IMG/VR virus record: IMGVR_UViG_3300028833_005988
Coordinates: 1-64,000 of that record
Strand: one strand, 5' to 3'
DNA from: a virus
Taxonomy: Duplodnaviria > Caudoviricetes
DNA length: 64,000 nt
Shown here: piece after piece, positions 23,510 through 32,882 of the stretch
How the letters are laid out: every line of letters begins with the position of its first letter
Numbering within the stretch: position 1 is the stretch's first letter
Made by a program: the position numbers and the translations under genes
The notes under the pieces: generated by a model
Databases searched by the model: none
Told to the model about the DNA's origin: nothing
Seen by the model: the letters and a program-made list of their open reading frames with translations, nothing else

Positions 23510-24166
23510 ATCGGGTAGGAGGGGGTGGCTAACCCCCGTCCTCCCACATCAGCGCTCATGCGGGCCCGCAAGCGGCGGTTCAGTTGCTGGCACTTGGCAG
23601 CATGTTTGATCGGAAATCGTGACGTTCAGCGATTCTGCCATACCTTCGGTCGCCCACCTATCCTCTGGCAGATATCCTCTATCGAGCAACTGCTTTCAAC
23701 ACGTCCGGTTCCTGACATACTGTATTATCAGCAACCGCCAGGCCCTTCCCTCCATCGTCTTTCACCGACTTCTCTGGTACTATGGCCCAGACTGACTTCT
23801 GGATGTTCAGCCATGCCTCGTTTCCTTGTGCATGGGTTACTCCGCGTGACCGGAGCTTATCATCCAGACCTCCCCGGTTAAGGTGCAACAACCTTCATTC
23901 CATGCAGCCGCCGCATTTACGTGACAGAATCCGGGTAGTATTGGACTTCGGCTTGTGTTGCAGTCTCGTCCGTTCTGCCCCGCCTTTTATGAAGTTTCTG
24001 TTCGTTGGCTCGGAACTTTGCCCGTCAGGGTTGATCATTTCCCCCTGGCATCCGGCTTCCTTCAGATTCCACCTCGCGATGGACACCCTTGCCTTCGGCT
24101 AACGCTTCCTACTACCAAGCGTGTAGTGGACTTTCACCACCAAGTTGTTGCCCATGCCGGGCGTAC
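23510..24166 (-). mobile_element. ORF-less group IIC intron (minus strand)
   Basis: 5' GTACGCCCGGCATGG...GCAAGGGTGTCC...GGAATCTGAAGGAAGC; 3' domain V/VI GAACCGCCG...GGAGGACGGGGGTTAGCCACCCCCTCCTACCCGAT; no RT ORF. Confidence 0.85.
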
Positions 24167-24172
24167 AACGTG

Positions 24173-24210
24173 AAAGACCAACAGACTATTTTTTTAGCCT
24201 GTTGGTCTTT
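24173..24210. terminator. Bidirectional stem-loop serving as target of both introns
   Basis: AAAGACCAACAG / CTGTTGGTCTTT perfect 12-bp inverted repeat. Confidence 0.75.
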
Positions 24211-24214
24211 AATG

Positions 24215-24820
24215 GTGTTCCGGGCATGGTGCAATTCTCGCGGGTGAAAGCCTCGCCACCGGTGGCTACCGCCAAGTGTAGCGAACCGCAAGCCGTTATC
24301 AGCAACGTTAACTGGGGAGGAAGCGGTGTAGCAAAATCGACGAGTCTACGGAAAGAAACTGGATACAAGGCCAAACGGCGGGCAAGGTTGCCACAGAAGC
24401 CGAAGCCTGAAAGGTAGCTGTAAAACCGAAACAGTAAATCCAGAGGTTGTGCGGTGAAAGAATTGTGGCTTATCCCGGGAGGCCTAGTCAGCGAGGTGAA
24501 AACCGAATGTGAAAAAAGCGAGTGACCGGGAGTCAACTGAGGCCATGGTAGGGACTTTGTCCTGAAGATCCTATTGTCGTGGTATTGCAGATCACTGTAA
24601 GTAAGTCAATGATTGCCCGAACATGCAGCGAATGCCAAGGCAAAGGGATCGTAACCCGGAGTGGCAGGAGAGGCGGAGATGCTTTCTTCATTGATTTTGT
24701 AAACAGAATGCGAAGCAACAGGCAGAAAATGTCTGGTATTACACAACGATGTAGCGCCGCATACCTGACCGGTATGTACGGTGCAATAGGAGGGAGGGGA
24801 TTAACCCCTCTCTACCCTAT
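24215..24820 (+). mobile_element. ORF-less group IIC-like intron (plus strand)
   Basis: 5' GTGTTCCGGGCATGG...GGTGAAAG; 3' domain V/VI AGCGCCGCATACCTGACCGGTATGTACGGTGC...GGGGATTAACCCCTCTCTACCCTAT; no RT ORF. Confidence 0.8.
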
Positions 24821-24866
24821 TGAGCGTTTACTTATTCAGTTTATTCAAAAGAATAATCGTATTATA

Positions 24867-25598
24867 TTACTTATTTGCAAAATAGTTTTCTATTGAAATT
24901 CCTTCATATCGATTATTACTTACCGTCCATAAGTAGAATTTATAAAGTTCCGCTTTTGTTGCAGGGCCACATACTCCATCCATCGCAAGAGAAACCCCTG
25001 CAATACACTCACATTGCTGGAAGCTATGGATAGCAGTTTCTGTTTTATTACCCATATATCCGTCAGCTTTGAACTTTGACATGCACACTTTGCCGCTTAT
25101 GTCGCCATATAAGCCCGATTGCTTATCATCCGGACGATATATCTGATGATATTTATGATAGTGCATAAGATCAATTTGAACATTGCGCAATCCTTGGTAA
25201 AAACCTGTAGTCTTTCCGTTCTTATATGTCGTAGTACCGTAACGTCCCTCCCAATCGTTTGAGGATGATCCTGAGCCAGAATCAGATCCGGATCCTGTAT
25301 TGGGTTTAGTTTCAGTTAAATACTTGGTCAGCATGTATCCCTTGTACACTTTTCCCGCAGCAGTAGTATACTTCACCTTATGCCATGTATTGTTATACTT
25401 ATCTGCCTTTACTTCTGTGCCGTGAGGTACATTAACAAGTATATTGTTGTCCACCGAAGTGTCTCGAGTTGACCGGAGACGCACAGTTTGACCCGGCTCT
25501 ATATTGACATACATTGTCGAGTTATATTCTGCAAAAGCAGGGATTGTCAAAGAGAACAAAGAAACAATCGCCAAGAGAATAGAGATAAATTTTTTCAT
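24867..25598 (-). CDS. Secreted SH3b plus PG-binding-like protein
   Basis: Signal peptide; VRLRS...VPHGTEV...WHKVKY...GYM; C-terminal DGYMGNKTETAIHSFQ...MDGVCGPAT. Confidence 0.75.
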   Translation of the reverse strand: MKKFISILLAIVSLFSLTIPAFAEYNSTMYVNIEPGQTVRLRSTRDTSVDNNILVNVPHGTEVKADKYNNTWHKVKYTTAAGKVYKGYMLTKYLTETKPNTGSGSDSGSGSSSNDWEGRYGTTTYKNGKTTGFYQGLRNVQIDLMHYHKYHQIYRPDDKQSGLYGDISGKVCMSKFKADGYMGNKTETAIHSFQQCECIAGVSLAMDGVCGPATKAELYKFYLWTVSNNRYEGISIENYFANK

Positions 25599-25699
25599 TA
25601 CAATCTCTCCTTTTATAAATTTATTGGATTTGGATTGCGGGGGGGGGTGGATATGTTGCCACCTTGCGAAGTCTCATACCATATGTCATTAGACATTGT

Positions 25700-25903
25700 C
25701 ATAATTGACGGTCAATTCCATTGGAGATTTTCTTTAACACAGTTGCAGACGAGCTTTTCGTCTTACGCAGATTTAGAGTGCCACTGTTTGTGGACGATGT
25801 ATCAACATAAGTGGTTTTAGATGTTGCTGCGAAAGCAGGAATAGCAATAGCCATGATGGTCATGATCGTCAGAGCCAAGGCGATGACCTGCTTGATTTTT
25901 CAT
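25700..25903 (-). pseudogene. Frameshifted, truncated paralog of 29546-30163
   Basis: ATGAAAAATCAAG lacks 2 nt versus ATGAAAAATATCAAG; the shifted frame gives IKQVIALAL...LNLRKTKSS then stops. Confidence 0.7.
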
Positions 25904-25910
25904 TCTCTTT

Positions 25911-26253
25911 ACTTTCCTTTCAATTTGGGCGCACGAAATACATCGAAGTGCTGCCCTTCGTTTTTTGATTTTGGTATTCTGAAATATGGGGTTATAACTG
26001 ATGAAAGCACTTTTTTCATTCTGTGCTGTTGCGTGCTATGATTCCTTGTAGAACATCCATCCCCATCTCTTTGAGGATGGCAGCGGCCAAGCTCGTTTTA
26101 CAGAATCATCCACGCCATAGATCAGATCAATGGAATCACCGCTCTCTTTGCTTTGCTGCCGTGGGTTTCATTCCCTCAGCGCAGTTATAGTATAAGGTAT
26201 ATCCGGTGTTTTGAAAATTGAAGAGGTCGAGCAGTTTCCGAGAAGATTTCAAG
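25911..26253. repeat. About 343-bp upstream module, copy 2
   Basis: Visual alignment with copies 1 and 3. Confidence 0.9.
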
Positions 26254-26281
26254 TAAAAAAATTTTTGAAATTTTTGAAAGC

Positions 26282-26314
26282 GTGTACAATTCTTATGTTT
26301 TTTTCGTCTTAATT
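26282..26314 (+). promoter_or_regulatory. ECF-type promoter motif, copy 3
   Basis: GTGTACAA-N15-CGTCTTAATT followed by AAGGAAGGAGGTGAT as upstream of the sigma gene. Confidence 0.6.
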
Positions 26315-26500
26315 TGTGTAAGGAAGGAGGTGATTCGATTTGGCTGCATCAATGAAAAGGCGGCAATAGGAGGCGCCTTATCTATGCACGGCAAACGCAA
26401 ACATTGGATCAAGACATAATAACGTATGACTAAAAAACGGTTGCGTAAAGTTTGTGCATATTTCAATCTCATTTCAATATTAGAATCAGGGAGGTTCAAT

Positions 26501-27685
26501 ATGAAGGCTATGTTAAAAAAAGGATTCCAATATCTCTTGCTTACGGTCATTCTTCTTTCATCTGCTTTACCTCATGCATTGGCAGATTACAATCCCAAAT
26601 ATGATACACCTCCTATCCTTAACGCAGGTGATATGCAGCAAAACGATGCGCTTGAAAAAGCGGCAGAAGTTGTTGAAGAAAAATTCGGTGTAAATTCTCA
26701 AGAGCTTCTGCAATCTTGGAATCCAGTAGCAAAATTTGACTGGAATAGTCTTCTGTATGAAGATGATGGCGTATGGACTGTGGTCTTTCATATGGAAACG
26801 CCGAAGATATGGCAGTATGAAGTAATTTTCTCTCGAAGCGGAGAATTGCTTTGGGTAAAAGGATGGGATACGATTTTTTACAAACCCAATTTTAATGTAC
26901 TTGATGATGCCAAGATCGCAACTCCAACTCAAAATGATGCAACAGAGGAACAGGTAATTGCAACTGCTCGGCTCAATTTGCCAGAGCTGTCTGAATATAC
27001 AGCGAAAGAAGCTGACAGTTTGAATGTAAAAACATATTTTATTTATCATGTGGCATTTTGCATGGGGAATGCTCCCGTTTGGTATGTTCAATTCTTCGAT
27101 CATGAAACAATGGTGCATGAAATGCTGCTGTCCTATGATGGCGAGGTAATGGACAGTCTTCCTAAAGCCGGAATGTTGTTTTATAATGTCCAGCTTCCAG
27201 AAGAAAATATGGGGGATACTCTTGGTATCAATTTTGTCACTTCTGGTTTTTGGGAAGCAAGCGTAGAGGAAAAAGCAAAACTGTATAATGAATGGAAACC
27301 CTTGGTTGATGCCTATTTGCGTGATCACCCCTATTTGAATAAGAACAATTTGTTGTATGCTGCAACAGATCATGTTTATAGCGTACCTGGTGACAATCAT
27401 ATCACTATGGAGCAAGCAACAAAGATTGCAAGAGAAGCCGCAATAGCGCTTGGAGCGGATGAAGGGACATTTGAAAAACGGAATATCGAATACTTTTTCG
27501 ATGCTACCGATCCACTTACTCCTGTGTGGAAATTGGTGATTTTCTATGCGAAAGTGCCTATAGAAGAGCTTGGAGAAAATCATAATTTGGCAAACTATCG
27601 AGTAATTATTGACGCAGAGACGGGCGAGGTGCAGGAAGCATTCGAAGTTCCTGATGATATGCGTTTGGTTAATTGGCGCTTTTAA
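26501..27685 (+). CDS. Secreted protein with PepSY-like repeats
   Basis: GGAGG RBS; signal peptide; three 'A...A...W.V.F' repeats ending VIIDAETGEV. Confidence 0.7.
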   Translation: MKAMLKKGFQYLLLTVILLSSALPHALADYNPKYDTPPILNAGDMQQNDALEKAAEVVEEKFGVNSQELLQSWNPVAKFDWNSLLYEDDGVWTVVFHMETPKIWQYEVIFSRSGELLWVKGWDTIFYKPNFNVLDDAKIATPTQNDATEEQVIATARLNLPELSEYTAKEADSLNVKTYFIYHVAFCMGNAPVWYVQFFDHETMVHEMLLSYDGEVMDSLPKAGMLFYNVQLPEENMGDTLGINFVTSGFWEASVEEKAKLYNEWKPLVDAYLRDHPYLNKNNLLYAATDHVYSVPGDNHITMEQATKIAREAAIALGADEGTFEKRNIEYFFDATDPLTPVWKLVIFYAKVPIEELGENHNLANYRVIIDAETGEVQEAFEVPDDMRLVNWRF

Positions 27686-27697
27686 GAATAAAGATAT

Positions 27698-29535
27698 GGG
27701 GCTGTTGCACTAAGGCGCAACAAAAAAACGGAGAAGTTCGAGAGAACAACTCCGTTTTTTGCTGTATAATGTAACTGTCATGAAACAATATCAGCAAAGA
27801 AATTATACAGCAAAAGAAACGGCGGTGCAAGTGGTTTTGCCGCTGGATGTGGAGACCATCATCCCGGAAGATGATTCGGTGCGGACGCTCATGAGGATAG
27901 CGGAAAGGATAGATTACACAAAGCTGTCCGGAGCGTACGAGCGGGAGAACCCGCGGGAAGCCACACCGAAGCAGCTGTTCCTGCTGGTGGTCTTGGGATA
28001 CATGGAAGGAAAGTATTCCACGCGCAAAATAGAGAAAGCCTGCAGGACAGATACCTGGTTCATGTGGATTCTGGGTGGAAAGGCTGTGCCGGATCATACG
28101 CGTATATCGCGTTTTTTGCAGCGGATCAGCGGAGAGATTCTGGAGGAACTGTTTTACCAAGTGATCCACCTGCTGCATGAAGATGGAGAAATCGAATATG
28201 AGCACTTGTTTGTGGATGGCACGAAGATCGAAGCCAACGCGAACCGGTATACGTTTGTGTGGCGGAAACGGGTGGAAAAAGGAAGAACCAAGCTGGCCGC
28301 GAAGGAAGAGAAACTGGCGGTTGAACTGAGAACGCGGTATGCCTTTGAACTGGAAAACACGAAAGCACCGGAAGAAATGCTGTCCCGGCTGCAAAGGCTG
28401 GCAGAAGAGCGGAAAGTCGTTTTTGTGCACGGCATCGGCAAGCGAAAAACCCAATTGCAGCGGGATATAGAGGCATTGGAAGCGCTGCTGGATAAAGAGC
28501 TGGAATATACAGCGCATATGGAGATTCTTGGAGAACGGAACAGCTATTCCAAGACGGATCACAGCGCCACGTTCATGCGGATGGAAGACGACCATATGCA
28601 GAACGGGCAGCTGAAGCCTGGATATAACATACAGTTAGGGATCGAGGCGGAATACATCGTAGGCGTGGATGTATCCGGTAATCTGAATGATACACATGCC
28701 TTGCTTCCATTAGTGAAACGCATGGAGGAAAAGGGAAGGATCAAACACTGGGACGAAACAACTGACTCCGGATATGAAACGGAGGAAACATACAGCGGCA
28801 TGGCAGAACGGAAACAGCTGGCGTATATCAAACCCCAAAACTACGAAACAAGCAAAAAACGGAGCTTCCGCCAGAACGCGTATTTATGGGAAAACATGCC
28901 GTATGACGCAGAAAAGAACTGCTTTACCTGTCCGGCGGGGAAAGAGCTGCGATTCATCAGCGATCGAAAACGAAAAACCAAGAGCGGATATGAGCAGACG
29001 GTAAGCATATATCAGGCGGAGAGCTGCACAGGCTGCCCATGCAAGGAGCATTGCACTAAAGCAAAAGAAAACAGGACGGTCCAAGTCAATTGGGCATTCG
29101 AGGCGGCCCGGGCAGCCTCCCGGGAGAGGATCACCAGCGAGAAGGGCATCCTGCTGCGGATCAACCGAACTATCCAATCGGAAGGAGCCTTCGGAGTGCT
29201 GAAAGAGAATCGGCACTTCCGGCGGCTGAGGCGGAGGGGACTGCAGGGAGTATTTGCTGAGATCCTGCTGTACGCGATCGCTTTCAACATAGAAAAACTG
29301 CACGCCAAAGAACGAGCCGACAGGCTGAAAACCATGCTGTTCTATCCTGATTCTGCATAAGTTTCAGAAAACTGAATCATTCTGGCTTTTTCGATCCTTG
29401 AAAGCCAGGCTGAAAATCGTGACAGTCTTATTTGCGCCCCCGAAAATCCACAATTTTCCTCATTTTCCGGGCACTATACTGCTTGACCGGTTGCAAAAAG
29501 GGACTGCTGCACTTTTTTCTTAGTGCAACAGCCCC
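27698..29535 (+). mobile_element. IS1182-family insertion sequence
   Basis: 17-bp terminal inverted repeats GGGGCTGTTGCACTAAG / CTTAGTGCAACAGCCCC enclose the transposase; no target duplication recognised. Confidence 0.85.
27780..29360 (+). CDS. IS1182-family DDE transposase
   Basis: PDHTRISRF, FVDGTKIEANANRYTFVW, YSKTDHSATFMRM, Zn-ribbon CPAG...CTGCPCKEHC, IQSEGAFG. Confidence 0.9.
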   Translation: MKQYQQRNYTAKETAVQVVLPLDVETIIPEDDSVRTLMRIAERIDYTKLSGAYERENPREATPKQLFLLVVLGYMEGKYSTRKIEKACRTDTWFMWILGGKAVPDHTRISRFLQRISGEILEELFYQVIHLLHEDGEIEYEHLFVDGTKIEANANRYTFVWRKRVEKGRTKLAAKEEKLAVELRTRYAFELENTKAPEEMLSRLQRLAEERKVVFVHGIGKRKTQLQRDIEALEALLDKELEYTAHMEILGERNSYSKTDHSATFMRMEDDHMQNGQLKPGYNIQLGIEAEYIVGVDVSGNLNDTHALLPLVKRMEEKGRIKHWDETTDSGYETEETYSGMAERKQLAYIKPQNYETSKKRSFRQNAYLWENMPYDAEKNCFTCPAGKELRFISDRKRKTKSGYEQTVSIYQAESCTGCPCKEHCTKAKENRTVQVNWAFEAARAASRERITSEKGILLRINRTIQSEGAFGVLKENRHFRRLRRRGLQGVFAEILLYAIAFNIEKLHAKERADRLKTMLFYPDSA

Positions 29536-29545
29536 AATCATTTCC

Positions 29546-30163
29546 TTATTTATAACCTTCTGCTTTCAGTTGCGTTTTATAACGATTCCAGAGAGAGGTC
29601 TTCGTTTTAGAGCCGACAACCCCATCGGGGGTGCCACATTCGCTCTTATACTTTTTCTGATAAGCAAAAACTGCAGCTTCAGTATCATCACCAAATACAC
29701 CGTCAATATCACTTCTGCTCATATAGCCAGCATAATACATGCAAAGCTGAATGTTGCGGACGCTGTTGCCCTGATGGCCGTTTTTAATATTATTGATATT
29801 GTCACAATTGAAAGCTTCGCCCTGGCTTTGCGGATGGTCAGACGAAGAAGGACCACCATAGGTTCCATCGGAGAACCTCATAAACTTTCCCATAACATAT
29901 CCAGTTTTATTGCCGTAGGTAGTTTTATACCAAATATCTGTTTTGTAGGTATAAGCGACAGTAAGAACTGTGTTGTTAGGAATAGTCTGAATGACTTTAG
30001 CGCCGGAACTGGCAGTTTTACGCATGTTTAAAGAACCACCATTCCCGCGCGGAGAATAGGTATCAACAGTAGCGGTACTCGTGGCAGCCATAGCTGGGAT
30101 GGCAATAGCCATAATGGATATGATCGCCAGAATCAGAGCGACGATCTTCTTGATATTTTTCAT
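29546..30163 (-). CDS. Secreted SH3b plus PG-binding protein
   Basis: SLNMRKTASS...WYKTTY..KTGYVM; C-terminal IDGVFGDDTEAAVFAYQ...PDGVVGSKT. Confidence 0.8.
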   Translation of the reverse strand: MKNIKKIVALILAIISIMAIAIPAMAATSTATVDTYSPRGNGGSLNMRKTASSGAKVIQTIPNNTVLTVAYTYKTDIWYKTTYGNKTGYVMGKFMRFSDGTYGGPSSSDHPQSQGEAFNCDNINNIKNGHQGNSVRNIQLCMYYAGYMSRSDIDGVFGDDTEAAVFAYQKKYKSECGTPDGVVGSKTKTSLWNRYKTQLKAEGYK

Positions 30164-30170
30164 TGTCTTT

Positions 30171-30513
30171 AATTTCCTTTCATTTTGGGCGTACGAAATA
30201 CATCGAAGTGCAGCCCTTTGTTTTTTTGATTTTGAAGTTTTGTAATTTGGGGTTATACTGATGAAAGCACTTTTTTCATTCTGTGCTGTTGCGTGCTATG
30301 ATTCCTTGTAGAACATCCATCCCCATCTCTTTGAGGATGGCAGCGGCCAAGCTCGTTTTACAGAATCATCCACGCCGTGGATCAGATCAATGGAATCACC
30401 ACTTTCTTCGTTTTGCTGCCGTGGGTTTCATTCCCTCAGCGCAGTTATAGTATAAGGCATATCCAGCAGTTTGAAAATTGAAGAGGTTGAGCAGTTTCCG
30501 AGAAGATTTCAAG
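30171..30513. repeat. About 343-bp upstream module, copy 3
   Basis: Visual alignment with copies 1 and 2. Confidence 0.9.
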
Positions 30514-30578
30514 CAATTTCAATAGCAAACGAATAAAAAAACCACCCTTTGAATTGGGGTGGCAGACAAGAAGAATTG

Positions 30579-30986
30579 TCAATCGTTATCATCTTCAGGC
30601 GGTAGCGGTTCCAGATCGCCAAAGAGCGAAAGAATCAAATCCCGATGGCTTTCACAGAAATAGACGATCTTTTTCAGAGCCGTAGCCTGATATTTTACCA
30701 ATGTGCGCTGACTTCGTGTAAACATCCCTTTCCATCGCTCTTCAAACACAAACTCGACACGAGGCCATTCTAATTCATCTATCAGATGCTTTTGGATAAC
30801 AAATGCTTCATCTGCGTTGAGTAGCTTCAGCCAGCTTTGAATGGTGGTGATTTTCATTTGGTCGATTGCCAATGCATCCCGCATATCATCATTTTTCTTA
30901 TATGCGAGCCATTTTTCAAAAAGCTCTGTTTCTGAAACATAGGCATTGTATTGGTGCAATGCCGCACGAACTAATCCTTCCATCAT
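30579..30986 (-). CDS. ArpU-like / sigma region-4-like transcriptional regulator
   Basis: IQSWLKLLNADEAFVIQKHLIDELEW; paralog of 31295-31696; start at RBS-preceded ATG. Confidence 0.55.
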   Translation of the reverse strand: MMEGLVRAALHQYNAYVSETELFEKWLAYKKNDDMRDALAIDQMKITTIQSWLKLLNADEAFVIQKHLIDELEWPRVEFVFEERWKGMFTRSQRTLVKYQATALKKIVYFCESHRDLILSLFGDLEPLPPEDDND

Positions 30987-31075
30987 TTCCCTCCGTTCTT
31001 TATTATCCTGGTAGCAGCGGGCGAGAAAACGATAGAGCTTTACACATGGAATGAACTGTGTTATACTATCATTGT

Positions 31076-31129
31076 CCTTGTAGAACAACCATCTTTTTGA
31101 AGATGGCAGCGGCCAAGCTCGTTTTACAG
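31076..31129. repeat. 54-bp core of the triplicated module (fourth copy)
   Basis: CCTTGTAGAACA...GATGGCAGCGGCCAAGCTCGTTTTACAG shared with the three modules. Confidence 0.8.
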
Positions 31130-31294
31130 GGACTTTTTTTCTCGCTTGTTTTTCGTATTTCCCAAGCATCTTTCTCTCTTTCCTCCTCTCCGATGGTGTT
31201 GGGATTGATTACGCAATCATTATAGCTGAACCAGCATTGAATTGAGAACGGCAAAGGCATGACAATAGATCGCTCATTCCACGACAAAGAGGTG

Positions 31295-31696
31295 TCAATT
31301 TGCAGACTTCTCATTTTCTACTAGGAAATCCAAACTGCTTCCAAACGATTTGTTCATAAGAGCGCTAATATTTTGAATAGCTCTAGCCTGCTGGCGTTGC
31401 AACGTCCTTTCATCACAGGGGATCGTGCTATTGGATTCCATGTCAATCTGATTGGCGATATATGACCACGGCTTGTTCTGGATCAGATGAAGTTGAACGA
31501 CATTTCTCTCCTCCGGTGATAAATAATTCAGCCAATGGTCAACAAGCGCCATTCGCCGTTTCAGCAAGGAAAAGTGCATGGCCTGCTCTGCGGATGCAGC
31601 GTCATGGAGTTCATCAGAACAGTCACGAATAATGGATAACTCCGCTTCACATTGCCGCTTCTGCTGGAAAAGTTGAATAATGTTTTGTTCCGTCAT
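31295..31696 (-). CDS. ArpU-like / sigma region-4-like regulator
   Basis: VDHWLNYLSPEERNVVQLHLIQNKPWSYIA...ERTLQRQQARAI. Confidence 0.55.
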   Translation of the reverse strand: MTEQNIIQLFQQKRQCEAELSIIRDCSDELHDAASAEQAMHFSLLKRRMALVDHWLNYLSPEERNVVQLHLIQNKPWSYIANQIDMESNSTIPCDERTLQRQQARAIQNISALMNKSFGSSLDFLVENEKSAN

Positions 31697-31884
31697 AATT
31701 TACTCCTTAACCTTTGCAGCTTAATGGATAGATGATGCTTTTTTAAATTCTTTTGAAAAGATCCTCTTTTTGGCAGTAAAAAATAGAGAACAGCAGAAAT
31801 ACTTATCCATACTTCTGCCGCTCCCATGATCCCGCATAGCCTGCTATCGTCGAGCCATGGCACATCTGTTGTATTTTGTATTGG

Positions 31885-32409
31885 TTAGCTGTCGGCTTGC
31901 GAATCAAGCAGAACACGAATACGCCTTTTTGCCTTAAACCAATACTTGCGAACAGTACCTGGAGCAATATTCATTATTGTCGCAATGCTGTTTGTTGAAT
32001 GCATCTCAAATTTCAGCTTTAGGACTTGTGCTTCTCGCGGCGGCAAGAAAGAGAGACCCAACATTATGATTGAACTGTCAATTCCCGGGCTGTTCCAATC
32101 ATATTCATCGCCAATTTGTGATAGATATAAGGATCTCATCTCATTTTGGTGTTCGTAACATGAATATCTTTTTTGGCGACGTATGTAGTCTATGGAGCAA
32201 TTATGAACACATCGCATAATATATGCTTTGATAGCATAGTCCTCCAATTTTTGTAATGTGTCCATGTGCCTGATAATTGAAAGCCAACAATCGCTAGCAA
32301 CATCTTCGGCGTCCTGTGAATTCCGAACATAGCGATATGCAGCGCTGACCATTAGCGGATGAAAGTTGGAGAATATATTTATTATTAATCTATTCACTTC
32401 ATCATTCAT
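31885..32409 (-). CDS. ECF sigma factor
   Basis: DAEDVASDCW, YIMRCVHNCSIDYIR, IATIMNIAPGTVRK. Confidence 0.85.
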   Translation of the reverse strand: MNDEVNRLIINIFSNFHPLMVSAAYRYVRNSQDAEDVASDCWLSIIRHMDTLQKLEDYAIKAYIMRCVHNCSIDYIRRQKRYSCYEHQNEMRSLYLSQIGDEYDWNSPGIDSSIIMLGLSFLPPREAQVLKLKFEMHSTNSIATIMNIAPGTVRKYWFKAKRRIRVLLDSQADS

Positions 32410-32410
32410 A

Positions 32411-32809
32411 TCAGTATGTGATAGTGCCCGTGTATTTAGTAGTGGATTCTAACGATTTCCCATTCTCATCACTCACATTGATAATGGCAGACATACGATA
32501 TTTCCCTGAAGATGCTGGAATATCAATTGTTGAATATGAACTTCTTTCAAATACAAGAGCTTCGGTCCTGACGGTTGTCCATCCTCCGTTTGAATTCTGT
32601 TTCTGCAGTTTCAAAGTAATGGTGGCCTTATCACCAGGGGTTAAGTTGACTCTCACGCTTCCCTGGATAGAACTCCCATTTATTAGTATTTTGACCTGGA
32701 ATCCACCGCCTGAGTATGCGTTGACAGAGTATGCATCTGCAACGGACGATGACATTGTGATGGTCGCCAAGAGGGTTACAGTTACAAGTAAAGCCAAGAT
32801 TTTTTTCAT
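32411..32809 (-). CDS. Small secreted beta-rich protein
   Basis: Signal peptide MKKILALLVT; GGAGG RBS. Confidence 0.7.
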   Translation of the reverse strand: MKKILALLVTVTLLATITMSSSVADAYSVNAYSGGGFQVKILINGSSIQGSVRVNLTPGDKATITLKLQKQNSNGGWTTVRTEALVFERSSYSTIDIPASSGKYRMSAIINVSDENGKSLESTTKYTGTITY

Positions 32810-32882
32810 GAGAAAACCTCCTTAATTTGTGTTCCACATATATACACAAATCAGCAGGCACTTTTGTGACACATTTTTCAAA

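Noticed and set aside
23525-24896. ORFs predicted over the two introns
   Set aside because: No RT or maturase motifs; they overlap conserved intron RNA domains.
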